A DNA stretch of 64,000 bases from an uncultured Gemmatimonadaceae bacterium (GTDB lineage Bacteria; Gemmatimonadota; Gemmatimonadetes; Gemmatimonadales; Gemmatimonadaceae). Positions 9,383 to 20,004 of the stretch are shown here, piece by piece (positions within the stretch are counted from its first letter, which is position 1; the number at the start of each line of letters is the position of its first letter). The position numbers and the translations under genes were made by a program. The notes under the pieces are model-generated. The model saw nothing but the letters and a program-made list of their open reading frames with translations, had not been told where the DNA came from and did no database searches. The stretch spans positions 448,001 to 512,000 of the forward strand of contig OY970320.1 of assembly GCA_963716745.1 (NCBI GenBank), read 5' to 3'.

Positions 9383-11592
9383 ACGGCGCCTCGCCCGCGA
9401 TCGACCGGCGCGAGTTCCTGCGCGTGACCGGCACGGTCGCCGGCGCGATGATCATCGCGATCTCGTGGCCGCGCGCGCTCGGCGCTGCGGATCATAGCGA
9501 TGCCGCCGCATGGGAGCCCGGCCCGTTCATTCGCATCGATCCCAATGGCACCGTGACGCTCACCGTGCCGCGCCCCGACATGGGACAAGGCACCCGCACC
9601 GCTCTGCCGCTCATCATCGCCGACGAGCTCGACGCCGATTGGAGCCGCGTGACGATCGTGCAGGCGGACTTCAACCTCCGCTACGGCGATCAGTACGCAG
9701 GCGGCAGCAGCAGCGTGCGCGAGAGCTATCAGCGCATGCGCGAAGCCGGCGCCACTGCGCGCGCACTGCTCGTGGCGGCCGCGGCTGCGAAGTGGTCGGT
9801 GCTCGCCACGGATTGCGGCACGGAGAACGGCCAGGTGATCCACCTCGCCAGTAAACGCCACCTCGGCTACGGCGAGCTTGCCGCGGCCGCCGCCCTGCTG
9901 CCCGTGCCGACCGATGTGCCGCTCAAGCCGAGGAGCGCGCTCCGGCTCACCGGCACTCGGCAAAGTTCCGTGGACGCACCGGCGATCGTGCGCGGCGCGG
10001 CGAAGTTCGGGCTGGACCAGCGCGTGAGCGGTATGCTCGTCGCCGTGATCGAGCGCGCCCCGACGATCGGTTCGCAGGTCGCAAGCATCGACTCGTCGAA
10101 GGCGATCGCCGTGCCGGGTGTGAAGCAAGTGGTGCCCATCGATGCGAGCAAATTGCCGAGTCTCGGCGAGGACAATCCGCGTCCGCGTAACGGCGTCGCG
10201 GTGATCGCGACGTCCACCTGGGCGGCGATGAAGGGCCGTGCTGCGCTCGCGGTGCAGTGGACGCCGGGCGCCGGGGCGACGGCGAGCACGTCGAAGATGC
10301 GCGAGCAAGCGCTGGCGCTCGCAGCAAAGCCGGCTGAGGCGGTGCAGCTCGCCGATGGCAATGTCGCGGCCGCAATGCGAGACGCGGCGAGAGTCGTGAG
10401 CGCCACGTATGAGGTGCCGCTGCTCGCGCATGCGCCCATGGAGCCGATGAATTGTCTGGCGGATGCGCGCGGCGGGCGCTGCGTGGTATGGGCGCCGTGC
10501 CAGAATCCGGCGGGCATCCGCCAGGCCGTCGAGCGCGCGCTAGGGCTGGCCGGCGATGATGTGGACGTGCACGTCGTGCGCAGTGGCGGCGGGTTCGGCC
10601 GCCGCTTCTACGCCGATTACGCAGTAGAGGCGGCACTCCTCTCGCGCGCGGCGAATGCGCCGGTGCAAGTCGTGTGGACGCGAGAGGATGATATCCACTT
10701 CGACTTCTACCGTCCGTCGGCGCTGTTCTCGATGCGCGCCGGACTCGACGCGAACGGTACGCTCGTCGCGTGGACGTATCACATCATCAACGCCGCGCGC
10801 GGAGAGTTCCTTGAGTGGGAGATGCCGAAGGGCGCCACGGTGTGGCCCGCGGGCCGCGGCGAGACCGATCGCGGCGATTTCCCGTCGGGATTCATCGCGA
10901 ACTTCGGTCTCGAGGCGAGCCGGCTGGAGCCTGTCATTCCGCTGGGTCAGTGGCGCGCGATCGACAACTCCTCGAGCAATTTCGCGATCGACTGCTTCTT
11001 CGACGAGGTCGCGCATGCGGCGGGTCGCGATCCGCTCGAGATGCGGCTCGCGATGCTCGAGAAGCCGATCGCGATGGAGCGCCGCTCGCCTTACGACGCC
11101 GCACGCATGAGCGAGGTGTTCCGCCTCGCCGCCGCGAAGGGCGACTGGGGGAAGCCGATGCCAGCCGGCCACGGCCGCGGTCTCGCCGGCGGGCACAACA
11201 ATGGCGCGTACGTCGCCGAGGTCGCCGAAGTGGAGGTCGCGGCCGACGGCAAGGTGAAAGTGAATCGCGTGGTGGCCGCCGTGGATATCGGCCGCGTCGT
11301 GAACGTGAGCGGCGCGGAAGCGCAGGTGCAGGGCGCGATCATCTACGGACTCTCGGCGGCGCTGCTCGAGAAGATCACCGTGGAAGACGGCCGCGTGCAG
11401 CAGAGCAACTTCAATGACTTCCCGGCCCTGCGCATGGCGGAGGCGCCCTCCATCGAAGTGCACTTCGTTCCAAGCGATTCGGCGCCCCTCGGCATCGGAG
11501 AGGGTGCGTTGCCCGCGGCGGCGCCCGCCGTATGCAACGCGATATTCAATGCGAGTGGCAAGCGCGTGCGGGCTTTGCCGATAAACAGCTGA
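9379..11592 (+). CDS. Isoquinoline 1-oxidoreductase-like beta subunit (molybdopterin, xanthine oxidase family), Tat-exported
   Basis: GTG start overlapping the alpha stop; IDRREFL twin-Arg signal; [24 protein letters not shown]. Confidence 0.92.
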   Translation: MNGASPAIDRREFLRVTGTVAGAMIIAISWPRALGAADHSDAAAWEPGPFIRIDPNGTVTLTVPRPDMGQGTRTALPLIIADELDADWSRVTIVQADFNLRYGDQYAGGSSSVRESYQRMREAGATARALLVAAAAAKWSVLATDCGTENGQVIHLASKRHLGYGELAAAAALLPVPTDVPLKPRSALRLTGTRQSSVDAPAIVRGAAKFGLDQRVSGMLVAVIERAPTIGSQVASIDSSKAIAVPGVKQVVPIDASKLPSLGEDNPRPRNGVAVIATSTWAAMKGRAALAVQWTPGAGATASTSKMREQALALAAKPAEAVQLADGNVAAAMRDAARVVSATYEVPLLAHAPMEPMNCLADARGGRCVVWAPCQNPAGIRQAVERALGLAGDDVDVHVVRSGGGFGRRFYADYAVEAALLSRAANAPVQVVWTREDDIHFDFYRPSALFSMRAGLDANGTLVAWTYHIINAARGEFLEWEMPKGATVWPAGRGETDRGDFPSGFIANFGLEASRLEPVIPLGQWRAIDNSSSNFAIDCFFDEVAHAAGRDPLEMRLAMLEKPIAMERRSPYDAARMSEVFRLAAAKGDWGKPMPAGHGRGLAGGHNNGAYVAEVAEVEVAADGKVKVNRVVAAVDIGRVVNVSGAEAQVQGAIIYGLSAALLEKITVEDGRVQQSNFNDFPALRMAEAPSIEVHFVPSDSAPLGIGEGALPAAAPAVCNAIFNASGKRVRALPINS

Positions 11593-11599
11593 GGCGCGT

Positions 11600-11700
11600 C
11601 GGGACGCGGGGCGCGGGAAGCGCCGCGGGAATCGAGAACTGCGCGGGAACGCGCGTCCCGTCGGTCGTCATCGCGGCGAGTCCCGAGTCCCGAGTCCCGC
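11600..11700. repeat. Palindromic heptamer element, degenerate copy 2
   Basis: GGGAAGCGCCGCGGGAATCGAGAAC core shared with copy 3 and, with variation, copy 4; right arm (GAGTCCC)3. Confidence 0.75.
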
Positions 11701-11704
11701 GCAG

Positions 11705-12949
11705 TTAGTGCCCCACCCTGCGCGCCGTCACCAGCACCGCGATCTCGTCGGGCCGTGGATTGATGAAATCCAGACGGATCCGGCCGTCGGGCATCTCGCT
11801 CACCGTCGCCGGGATCGAGCTGTTCGTTAGCACCCAGCCCGCGGGCAGCACCACGGCGTTCGGCGCGCGACCGAAGCTGCGGTTCCAGATCAGCTGATCG
11901 TCGGCGACATAGTAGCGCGCGGAGTCGGTGTAGGTCTCGTACATGCGAATCCGGATCGACGTGCCGGCCTTCACGGCAGGATAGCTGAACACGACGGCCT
12001 CAGCAGCGCCCGCAAGTTCCTCGGCGGGCACGCCGAGATTCGCGGGCGTGAGCGCATCGCCTCTCACCACTTTGAACGTGAGCTTCGCGCCCGTGTCGAG
12101 ATCGCGCGCCGAGGGATTCGCGACCGAGCTGCCGGGGCGAACAACGTTCACGTAGGTGCTCTCGCCTGGCTTCGACTCGGTGTAGTCGTGATAGAGATCG
12201 AATGCGTGCGTCTCCGGCTGCTGCAGGAAATACACGATCTTCCGGTTCTGATGCGCGCGTTCATCGAGTCGCGCGGCGAGCGCCGGCGCGAGCTTCGCCG
12301 CGGGCGGCATCGTGGCCGCGCGCGCCTTCACGACGAGCGGCGCTTCGGCGGGTGTGTTGTTCCAGAAGCTGATCGCGATGCGGCCGTCGGGCTGCTGCAG
12401 CACCTGCGACGGATAGTTGCACGAGATGAGCTCGTAGCCCGGCGGCAGCACCACCGTGTTGCGCTTGATGCCGAGCGGCCGGTCGAACACGAGCGTGTCA
12501 CCCTTGAAGAAATAGCTCTTGGGATCCTCGTAGGTCTTATCGATGAGGATGCGCGCCTCGCCGCCGTCGGGCGGCACGGGATGCGCGAGCATCACGCGGA
12601 TGTATGTCTGCGTGGAATCGCCGCCGCGCACGCCGCCGGCGACGGCGACTGCATTTCCCACAACGTCGAACTTGAGCGGCTTTCCGCTCGCGCGATCGGT
12701 GACGTGCTCGTCGGTGGCGATGCTGCCTTTGCGGATCGGATTGAAGTAGGCCATCGCACCGGCGGTCGTGGCCGTCACTTCATAGAGGATCCGGAACTTC
12801 CCGGTGCCTGCGGGCGGCGCGAGGAGCTCGTACCGCGTGTAGCCGTCGGCTTCTGTTTGTGGCGCGGTCGCGGAGACCGGCGCCTGCGCCGCCGCGGTCG
12901 CAGTGAGGAGCGCTACGACCGCGGCGGTGCTGCACGAGATTTTCATCAC
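11705..12949 (-). CDS. Secreted hypothetical protein with two tandem homologous beta-rich domains
   Basis: Signal peptide; internal duplication (RNTVVLPPGYEL...PDGRI vs PNAVVLPAGWVL...PDGRI). Confidence 0.8.
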   Translation of the reverse strand: MMKISCSTAAVVALLTATAAAQAPVSATAPQTEADGYTRYELLAPPAGTGKFRILYEVTATTAGAMAYFNPIRKGSIATDEHVTDRASGKPLKFDVVGNAVAVAGGVRGGDSTQTYIRVMLAHPVPPDGGEARILIDKTYEDPKSYFFKGDTLVFDRPLGIKRNTVVLPPGYELISCNYPSQVLQQPDGRIAISFWNNTPAEAPLVVKARAATMPPAAKLAPALAARLDERAHQNRKIVYFLQQPETHAFDLYHDYTESKPGESTYVNVVRPGSSVANPSARDLDTGAKLTFKVVRGDALTPANLGVPAEELAGAAEAVVFSYPAVKAGTSIRIRMYETYTDSARYYVADDQLIWNRSFGRAPNAVVLPAGWVLTNSSIPATVSEMPDGRIRLDFINPRPDEIAVLVTARRVGH

Positions 12950-12959
12950 GCGGACCGCC

Positions 12960-13532
12960 CTACATCTTCCTCGGATACGACGACGGCGGGATCATGCCGT
13001 TCAGCCGCATGTAGTTCGCCATCTGGCTGTAGTGATCCACCAGATCGGTCACGAACACGACGGCGAGCGTCGAGCGCACGATCTTGCGTCCCGGGGCGAA
13101 GCCGGGCATCGAATCCACGAGTTTGGCATCCGTCATGCCATCCCACGCGGTCTTGCAGAATTCGAACGACGCCTTGAGGCGGGCGACGAGCGTGTCCTTG
13201 GGCCAGTTCATCTTCACCGTATCGGCCGCCGAATCGCGCGCGGTCATGGGGTGCATCATGCCGCTCATGCGCCCACAGATGGAGTAGTTCGCCTCTTCCA
13301 GGTGCGCCGCGATCTGCCCGATCGACATTTGCGCCGGCGTCGGCTTATAGCCGTACTTGGCGGCCGGAACAGAGTCGAACGCTGTGGTAAGCCACCCGGC
13401 GTACTGATTCCCGAAGCGGCGGAGCGACGACACGATCACCGTGCCCGGCGCGCTGGGCTGCGGCGCCTGCTGCGCCGCCGCCGCGGCTGCGATCGCGAGC
13501 GTGAGTATGCTGGCTCCGATTGTCTTTTTCAT
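12960..13532 (-). CDS. Secreted DinB family protein
   Basis: GGAGG RBS, MKKT signal peptide, YKPTPAQMSIGQIAAH, DHYSQMANYMRLNGMIPPSS. Confidence 0.85.
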   Translation of the reverse strand: MKKTIGASILTLAIAAAAAAQQAPQPSAPGTVIVSSLRRFGNQYAGWLTTAFDSVPAAKYGYKPTPAQMSIGQIAAHLEEANYSICGRMSGMMHPMTARDSAADTVKMNWPKDTLVARLKASFEFCKTAWDGMTDAKLVDSMPGFAPGRKIVRSTLAVVFVTDLVDHYSQMANYMRLNGMIPPSSYPRKM

Positions 13533-13633
13533 CCGTCCTCCGTGATTGATGATTTCCCGCCAAGCACTTAGCCTGGCGCCTGGCACACGACTAGTCAATG
13601 CACCCACGCCGCCCGTACGAGGCGGGCGGCATG

Positions 13634-14434
13634 TCACAGTTCCAGCACCGAATCCAGTCCGCGGTGCACCCCCACCAGGGTCGCAACCTTCCGGATCGCG
13701 AGCAGCGCGCCGGCGGCATACGGGCGCGCGCTGTTGCCCGAATCGTGCCGGATCGAAAGGCGCTGATCCTCCATCCCGAAGATCACCTCGGCGCTGATCA
13801 CGAAGCCGGGCAGTCGGAGCGAATGCACCTGCGACCCGGAGACCGTTGCGCCGCGCGTCTCGCGCGGGCCCACGGTTTTCTCCAAGGGCACGGTGAGCTC
13901 CGGGCTGCGCACCTTTGACAATCGATCCGCTAGCTCCCGCACCGTGCCGCTCGGCGCGTCCACCTTCGCGTCGCTCGCGTAGTCGATGATCTCCCAGTGA
14001 GGGATCAGCCGCGCCGCGGCCTCGGCGAACTTCTGCAACAAGACCGCCGTCAACGCGAAATTGCCGCACGCCAGCACGCCACGCCGCTTCCGCTGCGCGA
14101 CCACGTCGATCTCCGCGAGATCGCGCTCGGTGAGACCCGACGTTCCGACGACGACGTGCGCGTCGTGCTCGAGCGCGGCCAGGATGTTCGCCTTGGCCGA
14201 TGAAGGCGTGGTGTATTCGACGAACACATCGCATGGCGTGGCGAGCGCTTCCGCGGCGGTGGCGAACACGCGCGCGGTGAGTTTCGGCTCGCCGAGCACG
14301 TCGCCGAGCATATGCCCGGCGTGCGTGCGCCCAACGGCCGAGACGACGGAGAGATCGGTCGTGCTCGCTATCGCGCGCGACAATTCGGAGCCCGCCCACC
14401 CGGTGGCGCCTGCCAAACAGATCCTGATCGGCAT
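13634..14434 (-). CDS. dapB: 4-hydroxy-tetrahydrodipicolinate reductase-like protein (second copy)
   Basis: GATGWAG, VVGTSG, NFA, KVDAPSGT, HSLRLPG, IRHDS. Confidence 0.85.
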   Translation of the reverse strand: MPIRICLAGATGWAGSELSRAIASTTDLSVVSAVGRTHAGHMLGDVLGEPKLTARVFATAAEALATPCDVFVEYTTPSSAKANILAALEHDAHVVVGTSGLTERDLAEIDVVAQRKRRGVLACGNFALTAVLLQKFAEAAARLIPHWEIIDYASDAKVDAPSGTVRELADRLSKVRSPELTVPLEKTVGPRETRGATVSGSQVHSLRLPGFVISAEVIFGMEDQRLSIRHDSGNSARPYAAGALLAIRKVATLVGVHRGLDSVLEL

Positions 14435-14470
14435 TCAACTAGCCTCCAACTTCGGGAGCGGCAATTCCGA

Positions 14471-14977
14471 TCAACGTGAGGTCCCCTTCGCGGGGGTCAC
14501 GTGGTACTCGGCGAACGAACGCCAGCCGCCGTGGCCATCGCCTTTCTCGAGGCGGAAATGCCAACCGATGGTCGGCCCGCGATAGACCCAGACATCGCGG
14601 AACGGTCCGTCCGAGTACTGGAAGGTGAACTCCAGCGTGTCGCCGCGCATCGTGCCCGCGCCGGCCGGCACTGAATAGGCGGCGCCGAAGCCATCCAGCC
14701 AGTGCACGAGCACGCGCGCCGGCGCGGTGTCGGCGCCGACGAACACGCGCGCTTCGTACTGTGCGGGCTGCCCGAGGTCGGCCATGTGCAGCTCGACATA
14801 TTTATGATCGAGCACCCAGGTCGCCGCCATCGCGTACGCCACGGGCTTGCCCCGCACGTTGCCGGACATGCGCCATTCGCCAATGAGCCGGCCGAGCAGC
14901 GAGTCGCTTGCCGCTTGGGCATGCGATCGGCCCGCGACCACCAGCGCAGCGATCAGGAAAAGAGATGCACGTGTCAT
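14471..14977 (-). CDS. Secreted hypothetical protein (beta-barrel/lipocalin-like)
   Basis: Signal peptide, LIGEW motif, WLDGFG. Confidence 0.7.
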   Translation of the reverse strand: MTRASLFLIAALVVAGRSHAQAASDSLLGRLIGEWRMSGNVRGKPVAYAMAATWVLDHKYVELHMADLGQPAQYEARVFVGADTAPARVLVHWLDGFGAAYSVPAGAGTMRGDTLEFTFQYSDGPFRDVWVYRGPTIGWHFRLEKGDGHGGWRSFAEYHVTPAKGTSR

Positions 14978-15068
14978 TCGCGGTCACGATGATGCACCGC
15001 GCAGACCGTTGCGGCAATGTTGCTCATGCGCACTTGCCTCGCGGTGTGCGCCGTGCGATTCTCGACGG

Positions 15069-15566
15069 ATGAGCGACGCAGTGCGGTCTGCAACGAAGGA
15101 CGCTACCCCGGTCGCGACGCATGCCGTCATCGGCTCCGACCGCCCGCATGGGCTGGTCACGTGGGGCGCGATCGCCGGCAAAGGCCGCGGCGTGATCGCG
15201 CGCATCGATTGCGCGAAGGGCACTGAGGTCGAGCGCGCGCCGGTGATCGTCGTGCCCGCCGACGATCTGCTCGACCCCGGGCACCGCGACACGGTGCCGG
15301 ACCACTATCTGCTCTACTGGAGCGACGAAGCCCAACGCGAGATGGCGATGGGCTGCGGCCTGCTCATGATCTACAACCACTCGGCATCGCCGAATGTCGA
15401 GTTCGACGACGGTCCCGAGCCGGAGACGATGTCGGTGATCGCGCTCCGCGACATCGCCGCGGGTGAAGAGCTCATGTACGACTACGGCGTGCCGCTCTGG
15501 TTCCGCGACGCCATTAGAGATGAGCCCAAGCCCAAGAAGCGGCCGAAGACCCGGAAACGCCGCTAG
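15069..15566 (+). CDS. SET domain protein-lysine methyltransferase
   Basis: GKGRGVIA, YNHS..PN, ALRDIAAGEELMYDYG. Confidence 0.9.
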   Translation: MSDAVRSATKDATPVATHAVIGSDRPHGLVTWGAIAGKGRGVIARIDCAKGTEVERAPVIVVPADDLLDPGHRDTVPDHYLLYWSDEAQREMAMGCGLLMIYNHSASPNVEFDDGPEPETMSVIALRDIAAGEELMYDYGVPLWFRDAIRDEPKPKKRPKTRKRR

Positions 15567-16075
15567 AAGGTTCGCTCGTCTGCCGTCGGCCCATACACCG
15601 GCGGCACCGGCACATCGAGCAGGCGCAGGTACACGGTCATCTGGCCGCGGTGGTGCACCAAATGATTGATGTGGTTGCGGAGGATCACGCGACGGGGCGC
15701 CGACCAGAGCACCATGTCGCCGCGCTTGAGCGCCCACGTTCGGTCGAACGCCTCGTCCTTCACAGTCGAGAGTGCCTTGCGGGCGTCGCGGACGTTCGTG
15801 TCGAAGGCCGCCACTAGTGTAGCTGTCGGCTGAAAGGCGTAAGGCGGTGCGGTGGCCAGATCAAGCGCGTCCTCCTGCAGCGTGTTCGCGATCCAACCGG
15901 GCATCCACGAGATGAGTTGCGCCAGATGGCCGATCGCGAATGACTTCGAATGCGGCTTCCACTCGCCCTTGTCGCCGGGGACGCGCTCGAGCACACGTCG
16001 CGTTGCGGCCATTTCCAGATCGAACTCCGGAAGCATCGAAGCGCCGATAGTGCTCGCGTTGTCTTTTGTAGTCAT
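15563..16075 (-). CDS. DinB family protein
   Basis: TRRVLERVP, WKPHSKS..IGHLA, NHLVHHRGQMTVYLRLLDVPVP..YGP. Confidence 0.9.
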   Translation of the reverse strand: MTTKDNASTIGASMLPEFDLEMAATRRVLERVPGDKGEWKPHSKSFAIGHLAQLISWMPGWIANTLQEDALDLATAPPYAFQPTATLVAAFDTNVRDARKALSTVKDEAFDRTWALKRGDMVLWSAPRRVILRNHINHLVHHRGQMTVYLRLLDVPVPPVYGPTADERTF

Positions 16076-16085
16076 CGCGAACCTC

Positions 16086-16580
16086 CTATGCCGATAGATG
16101 GAACGGTTTGCGTGGATGCTTGAGCATTCGCTCCTCGATCCGCTCGGAGAGCCACTGGAAATACTCGCCGAGGTATGGGTCGGGTGAGGACACACGAACC
16201 TCCTCGAAGAGCGGCTTGTACTTCGCCCAGGCGGTGGTCACGAAGCTGCCGAGCGTCTTGTCCACGAGGTCGATGCTGATGAGATGCTCGGCGACGATGA
16301 TGCCGAGCGATTCCATCTCCTGCGCGAGCTGCATGAGCATGATCTGATCGTTCGCCGGCATCGCGCGCATGGCATCGCGGGTGACGGGCATCTCGTGATT
16401 GAGGATCCAGTACATCAGCTCGGTGAACTCGCGCGTCTGGAACGCGGTGAGCGTCTCCACGGTGAGTCGTTCCCGGCGATCTCGCGCCGCGACGCGTACC
16501 TGCTGGATCCCGAACACGAGACCGACGATGAACGACAGCGCGAGCGCGAGGTTGGCGAGGAGTCCGATCGTGTCGGCCAT
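16086..16580 (-). CDS. Hypothetical protein with N-terminal TM helix (DUF4760-like)
   Basis: TM helix followed by E.LG..V....I...LV and YFQWL motifs; family assignment from recall. Confidence 0.65.
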   Translation of the reverse strand: MADTIGLLANLALALSFIVGLVFGIQQVRVAARDRRERLTVETLTAFQTREFTELMYWILNHEMPVTRDAMRAMPANDQIMLMQLAQEMESLGIIVAEHLISIDLVDKTLGSFVTTAWAKYKPLFEEVRVSSPDPYLGEYFQWLSERIEERMLKHPRKPFHLSA

Positions 16581-16759
16581 GTCCGCGGTCCACCGGGTGA
16601 AGAGTCAGCGATCGCGCCAAAAATGATTCCGCCGTCGCGCGCCGATTAATCGTATCTTGCTTCGCGGCGCCGAGCAACGCCGCTCCCGGGAACCGCGCGC
16701 GTGCACGAGCAGTAGAAGACAATTCGACCACGCGCGCCGCGTGCCGCCCAAGGGAGCGC

Positions 16760-17623
16760 ATGAAGAAGTTCCACGCCGGATTCCTGCTGTCATACGACTA
16801 CGACATGCTGCGCGCGTCGTTGCCGCCGGTGTACGCGGCCGCGGACCGGATCTTCCTCGCGAGGGATCAAGGGCTCCGGACATGGCGCGGGAACGCGTTC
16901 ACGATCGATCCCGAGTTCTATGACTGGCTCGGTGCCTTCAATGTCGACCGCAAGATCGAGATCTACGAGGACGATTTCTATCGGCCCGCCCTCTCCCCGA
17001 TGCAGAACGAGACCCGCGAACGCGCCATGCTGTCCGAGCGCATGGGCATCGGCAATTGGCTCATCCAGGTGGACGCGGACGAATATTTCATCGACTTCCC
17101 GCGATTCGTCACGGAACTCCGGCGTTACGACTCCTATCTCGATGATCCCGAGCGGACGAGAGTCCAGATCTTCGCGTTCTGGTTCATCATCTACAAGTAC
17201 ACCGACCACGGGATCCTCTACGTGGACCGGCCGATGAAATCGGCGTTCGCCACGAATTGCCCGAACTACAAGCATGGCCGGCGCACCGACGAGCGGGCGA
17301 TCTATCTCGACAGCATCGTGCTGCACGATTCCGTGGCGCGAACGGAATCGGAACTCCGGTTCAAACTCGCCAACTGGGGCCACAATGGCGACGTCGACAA
17401 GGATTTCCTGAGCAAGTGGCTGGCCGTCGACGAGACGAACTACCGGACGATGAGAGATTTCTACTACATCGAGCCGGCGCGATGGAAGACACTCGAATTC
17501 CTTCCCACGAAGGAGATGGGCCGGATCAAGCAGCTCGTGGCGGGTTCACGCGATCTGCGGGTCACGAAGAGCTACGTGGCTCGAAAGAACCTCGGCCAGT
17601 GGTTCAAGTTCTTGTGGAAGTGA
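16760..17623 (+). CDS. Glycosyltransferase-A-like hypothetical protein
   Basis: GGGAG RBS; WLIQVDADEYF DxD motif; H.S..R...E...KL.NWGH. Confidence 0.7.
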   Translation: MKKFHAGFLLSYDYDMLRASLPPVYAAADRIFLARDQGLRTWRGNAFTIDPEFYDWLGAFNVDRKIEIYEDDFYRPALSPMQNETRERAMLSERMGIGNWLIQVDADEYFIDFPRFVTELRRYDSYLDDPERTRVQIFAFWFIIYKYTDHGILYVDRPMKSAFATNCPNYKHGRRTDERAIYLDSIVLHDSVARTESELRFKLANWGHNGDVDKDFLSKWLAVDETNYRTMRDFYYIEPARWKTLEFLPTKEMGRIKQLVAGSRDLRVTKSYVARKNLGQWFKFLWK

Positions 17624-18020
17624 GCGCTGCCGGCCCTCCGCTCCTGAAATAGGCGAACATCAGCGCCGCGGCGGCGATCGCGAGGTTCACGGCGCGCTGC
17701 GGTCCGAGCGCGGTATCCGTGGGCAGATCGTTCGCGACCCGGTCGATCATCGCGTAGTAGCCGAGCATGATGCTGAAGATGAGGAGCACGATGTTCGCGG
17801 TGCTCTCGGTCATCGTGATGAGCCTCGCCTTCGCCGGCAGGCGCCAGGCGGCCAACCCGCAGGCGAAGCACACACCATAGTAGGCGTACCGCGCCGCCGG
17901 CCAGCCGTCGAGGAACGCGGCGCGCACGCTGATGCCGCCAAAGCGATCGAGGAGTGCGAAGACCGGCGTGCCGACGAGATAATAGAGATCCGGCGCGCGC
18001 GGGGATGCTGTGCCGCTCAT
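17604..18020 (-). CDS. Hypothetical membrane protein
   Basis: About 4 hydrophobic segments; ATG overlaps the upstream stop (ATGA). Confidence 0.6.
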   Translation of the reverse strand: MSGTASPRAPDLYYLVGTPVFALLDRFGGISVRAAFLDGWPAARYAYYGVCFACGLAAWRLPAKARLITMTESTANIVLLIFSIMLGYYAMIDRVANDLPTDTALGPQRAVNLAIAAAALMFAYFRSGGPAALTSTRT

Positions 18021-18787
18021 GCGCGCGCCGGTGCGGACAGGCGCTGGATATATGACGTCCCCACGGCGCATCGGTTCGCACCGGCTGCGCCCAGACGTTC
18101 GAGCGGCGCGAGCCAGCCTACGACGGGCGTGGGCGGCGACCATGCGTAGACCGGCGTGCGCGGGATGGCCATGGCGTCGCCTCGCCACGCGCGCACGAGC
18201 GTGAATCCACTCGTATATCCCGCCTCGCGCGCGAGCGCGCACTCGCGCGCGCGCGCGATGCCGAACGGATAGCTCACCGTATCGCAGGGAGCGCCGAGCG
18301 CCAACTCGAGCGTTTCGCGCGACCGAACCAGCTCCCGTCGCGCCGCCGCGTCGCTCAGCCAATCGAGCCGTGCATGCGTCGCGGTGTGCGATGCGAATTC
18401 GATCCCCCGCCCTCGCGCCCGCTCGATGTCGCGCCACGCGAGATGCGCGAAGCGCCGGCCGCCATACGCGACGTCCCAGCGGTTGAGCTTGCCGGCAAAG
18501 TCGGTGATCACGAAGCATGTCGCCGTGTATCCATGCGCCGCGAGCACCGGGAATGCGTGATCGCGGAGGCCGCGGTACGCATCGTCGAAGGTGATCGCGA
18601 GTTCACGATCGCCCACGGCTCGTTTCCCCGTCGCGCAGGCGATGATCTGGTGCAGAGTGAGCGTGCGCCATCCCGCGCGCGCCAGGCGGTCGATCTGCCG
18701 CGCGAAGCGGATAGGAGAAAGCCGCGTCACACCCAGCTCGTGACGCGGCTCCACTTTGTGATAGCAAAGGATCGGAGGGAGCAGCAG
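18017..18787 (-). CDS. Polysaccharide deacetylase (NodB/CE4); start codon uncertain (CTG?)
   Basis: [29 protein letters not shown]. Confidence 0.85.
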   Translation of the reverse strand: MLLPPILCYHKVEPRHELGVTRLSPIRFARQIDRLARAGWRTLTLHQIIACATGKRAVGDRELAITFDDAYRGLRDHAFPVLAAHGYTATCFVITDFAGKLNRWDVAYGGRRFAHLAWRDIERARGRGIEFASHTATHARLDWLSDAAARRELVRSRETLELALGAPCDTVSYPFGIARARECALAREAGYTSGFTLVRAWRGDAMAIPRTPVYAWSPPTPVVGWLAPLERLGAAGANRCAVGTSYIQRLSAPARA

Positions 18788-18799
18788 GCGCCCCTGCCG

Positions 18800-19917
18800 T
18801 CAGTCGAGGTACTTGCTCAGCGGCTCGCTCTTCATGCCAAAGACTTCCGCGACCGCCGGATACACGACCGCCCCCTCCACCACGTTCAGCCCCTTCGCCA
18901 GCGCCGCATCCTCCTTCAGCGCCTTCTTCCATCCCTTCTGCGCGAGCTTCATCGCGTACGGGAACGTCGCATTCGTGAGCGCCAGGGTGCTCGTGCGCGA
19001 CACGCCGCCCGGCATGTTCGCCACGCCATAGTGGATCACGCCGTCCACGACGTACACCGGATTCTCGTGCGTCGTGGCGTGGATGGTCTCCACGCAGCCG
19101 CCCTGGTCGATCGCGACATCCACGATCACCGAGCCCGGGCTGCATCACCTTCAGGTCCTCGCGACGAATGAGCCGCGGCGCCTTCGCGCCCACGACGAGC
19201 ACCGCGCCCACGACGAGATCGGCCGTCGAGATCTGCTCGAGGATCGTGTGCCGGTTCGAGTACACCATCTGCACGTTCGCCGGCATCACGTCGCTCAGAT
19301 AGCGCAGCCGCTCGAGGGAGAGATCGAGGATCGTCACTTTCGCGCCCAGCCCCGCCGCCATCTTCGCGGCATTCGTGCCCACCACACCGCCGCCCAGGAT
19401 CACGACCTTGCCCGGCGGCACGCCCGGCACGCCGCCCAGCAGCACGCCACGCCCGCCGTGCAGCTTCTCGAGGTACTTGGCCCCCTCCTGCACCGCCATC
19501 CGCCCCGCCACCTCGCTCATGGGCGTCAGCAGCGGCAGCTCCCCGCTCGGCAGCTCCACGGTCTCGTACGCGATGCAGACCGCGCCGCTCGCGATGTGCG
19601 CCTTCGTGAGCTTCTCGTCGGCCGCGAAGTGGAAGTAGGTGAAGATCGTCTGCCCCTTCTTCATGCGCTTCCACTCGGGCTCGATCGGCTCCTTCACCTT
19701 CATGATCATGTCGGCGTCCGCCCACACGGCGTCGGCGGTCGGCGCGATCTTCGCGCCCACCTTCGTGAACATCTCGTCGGAGAAGCCCGAGCCTTCGCCC
19801 GCGCCCTTCTCGACGCTCACGCTGTGGCCGGCCGACGACGAGCGCTTCCGCGCCCGCGGGCACGAGCGCGACGCGATTCTCGTTGGTCTTGATCTCTTTC
19901 GGTACGCCGATCTTCAT
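18800..19917 (-). CDS. ald: Alanine dehydrogenase (two frameshifts, near 19835 and 19136)
   Basis: [17 protein letters not shown] / [22 protein letters not shown] / [18 protein letters not shown] across three frames. Confidence 0.93.
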
Positions 19918-20004
19918 GGGATTGTCGTAGGGTGTCGTGCAGATTGGATGAATCTGTGCGCCCGATTCGTGGGCGCTAGGGGAGACAACTCATGCCGTTA
20001 GAAA

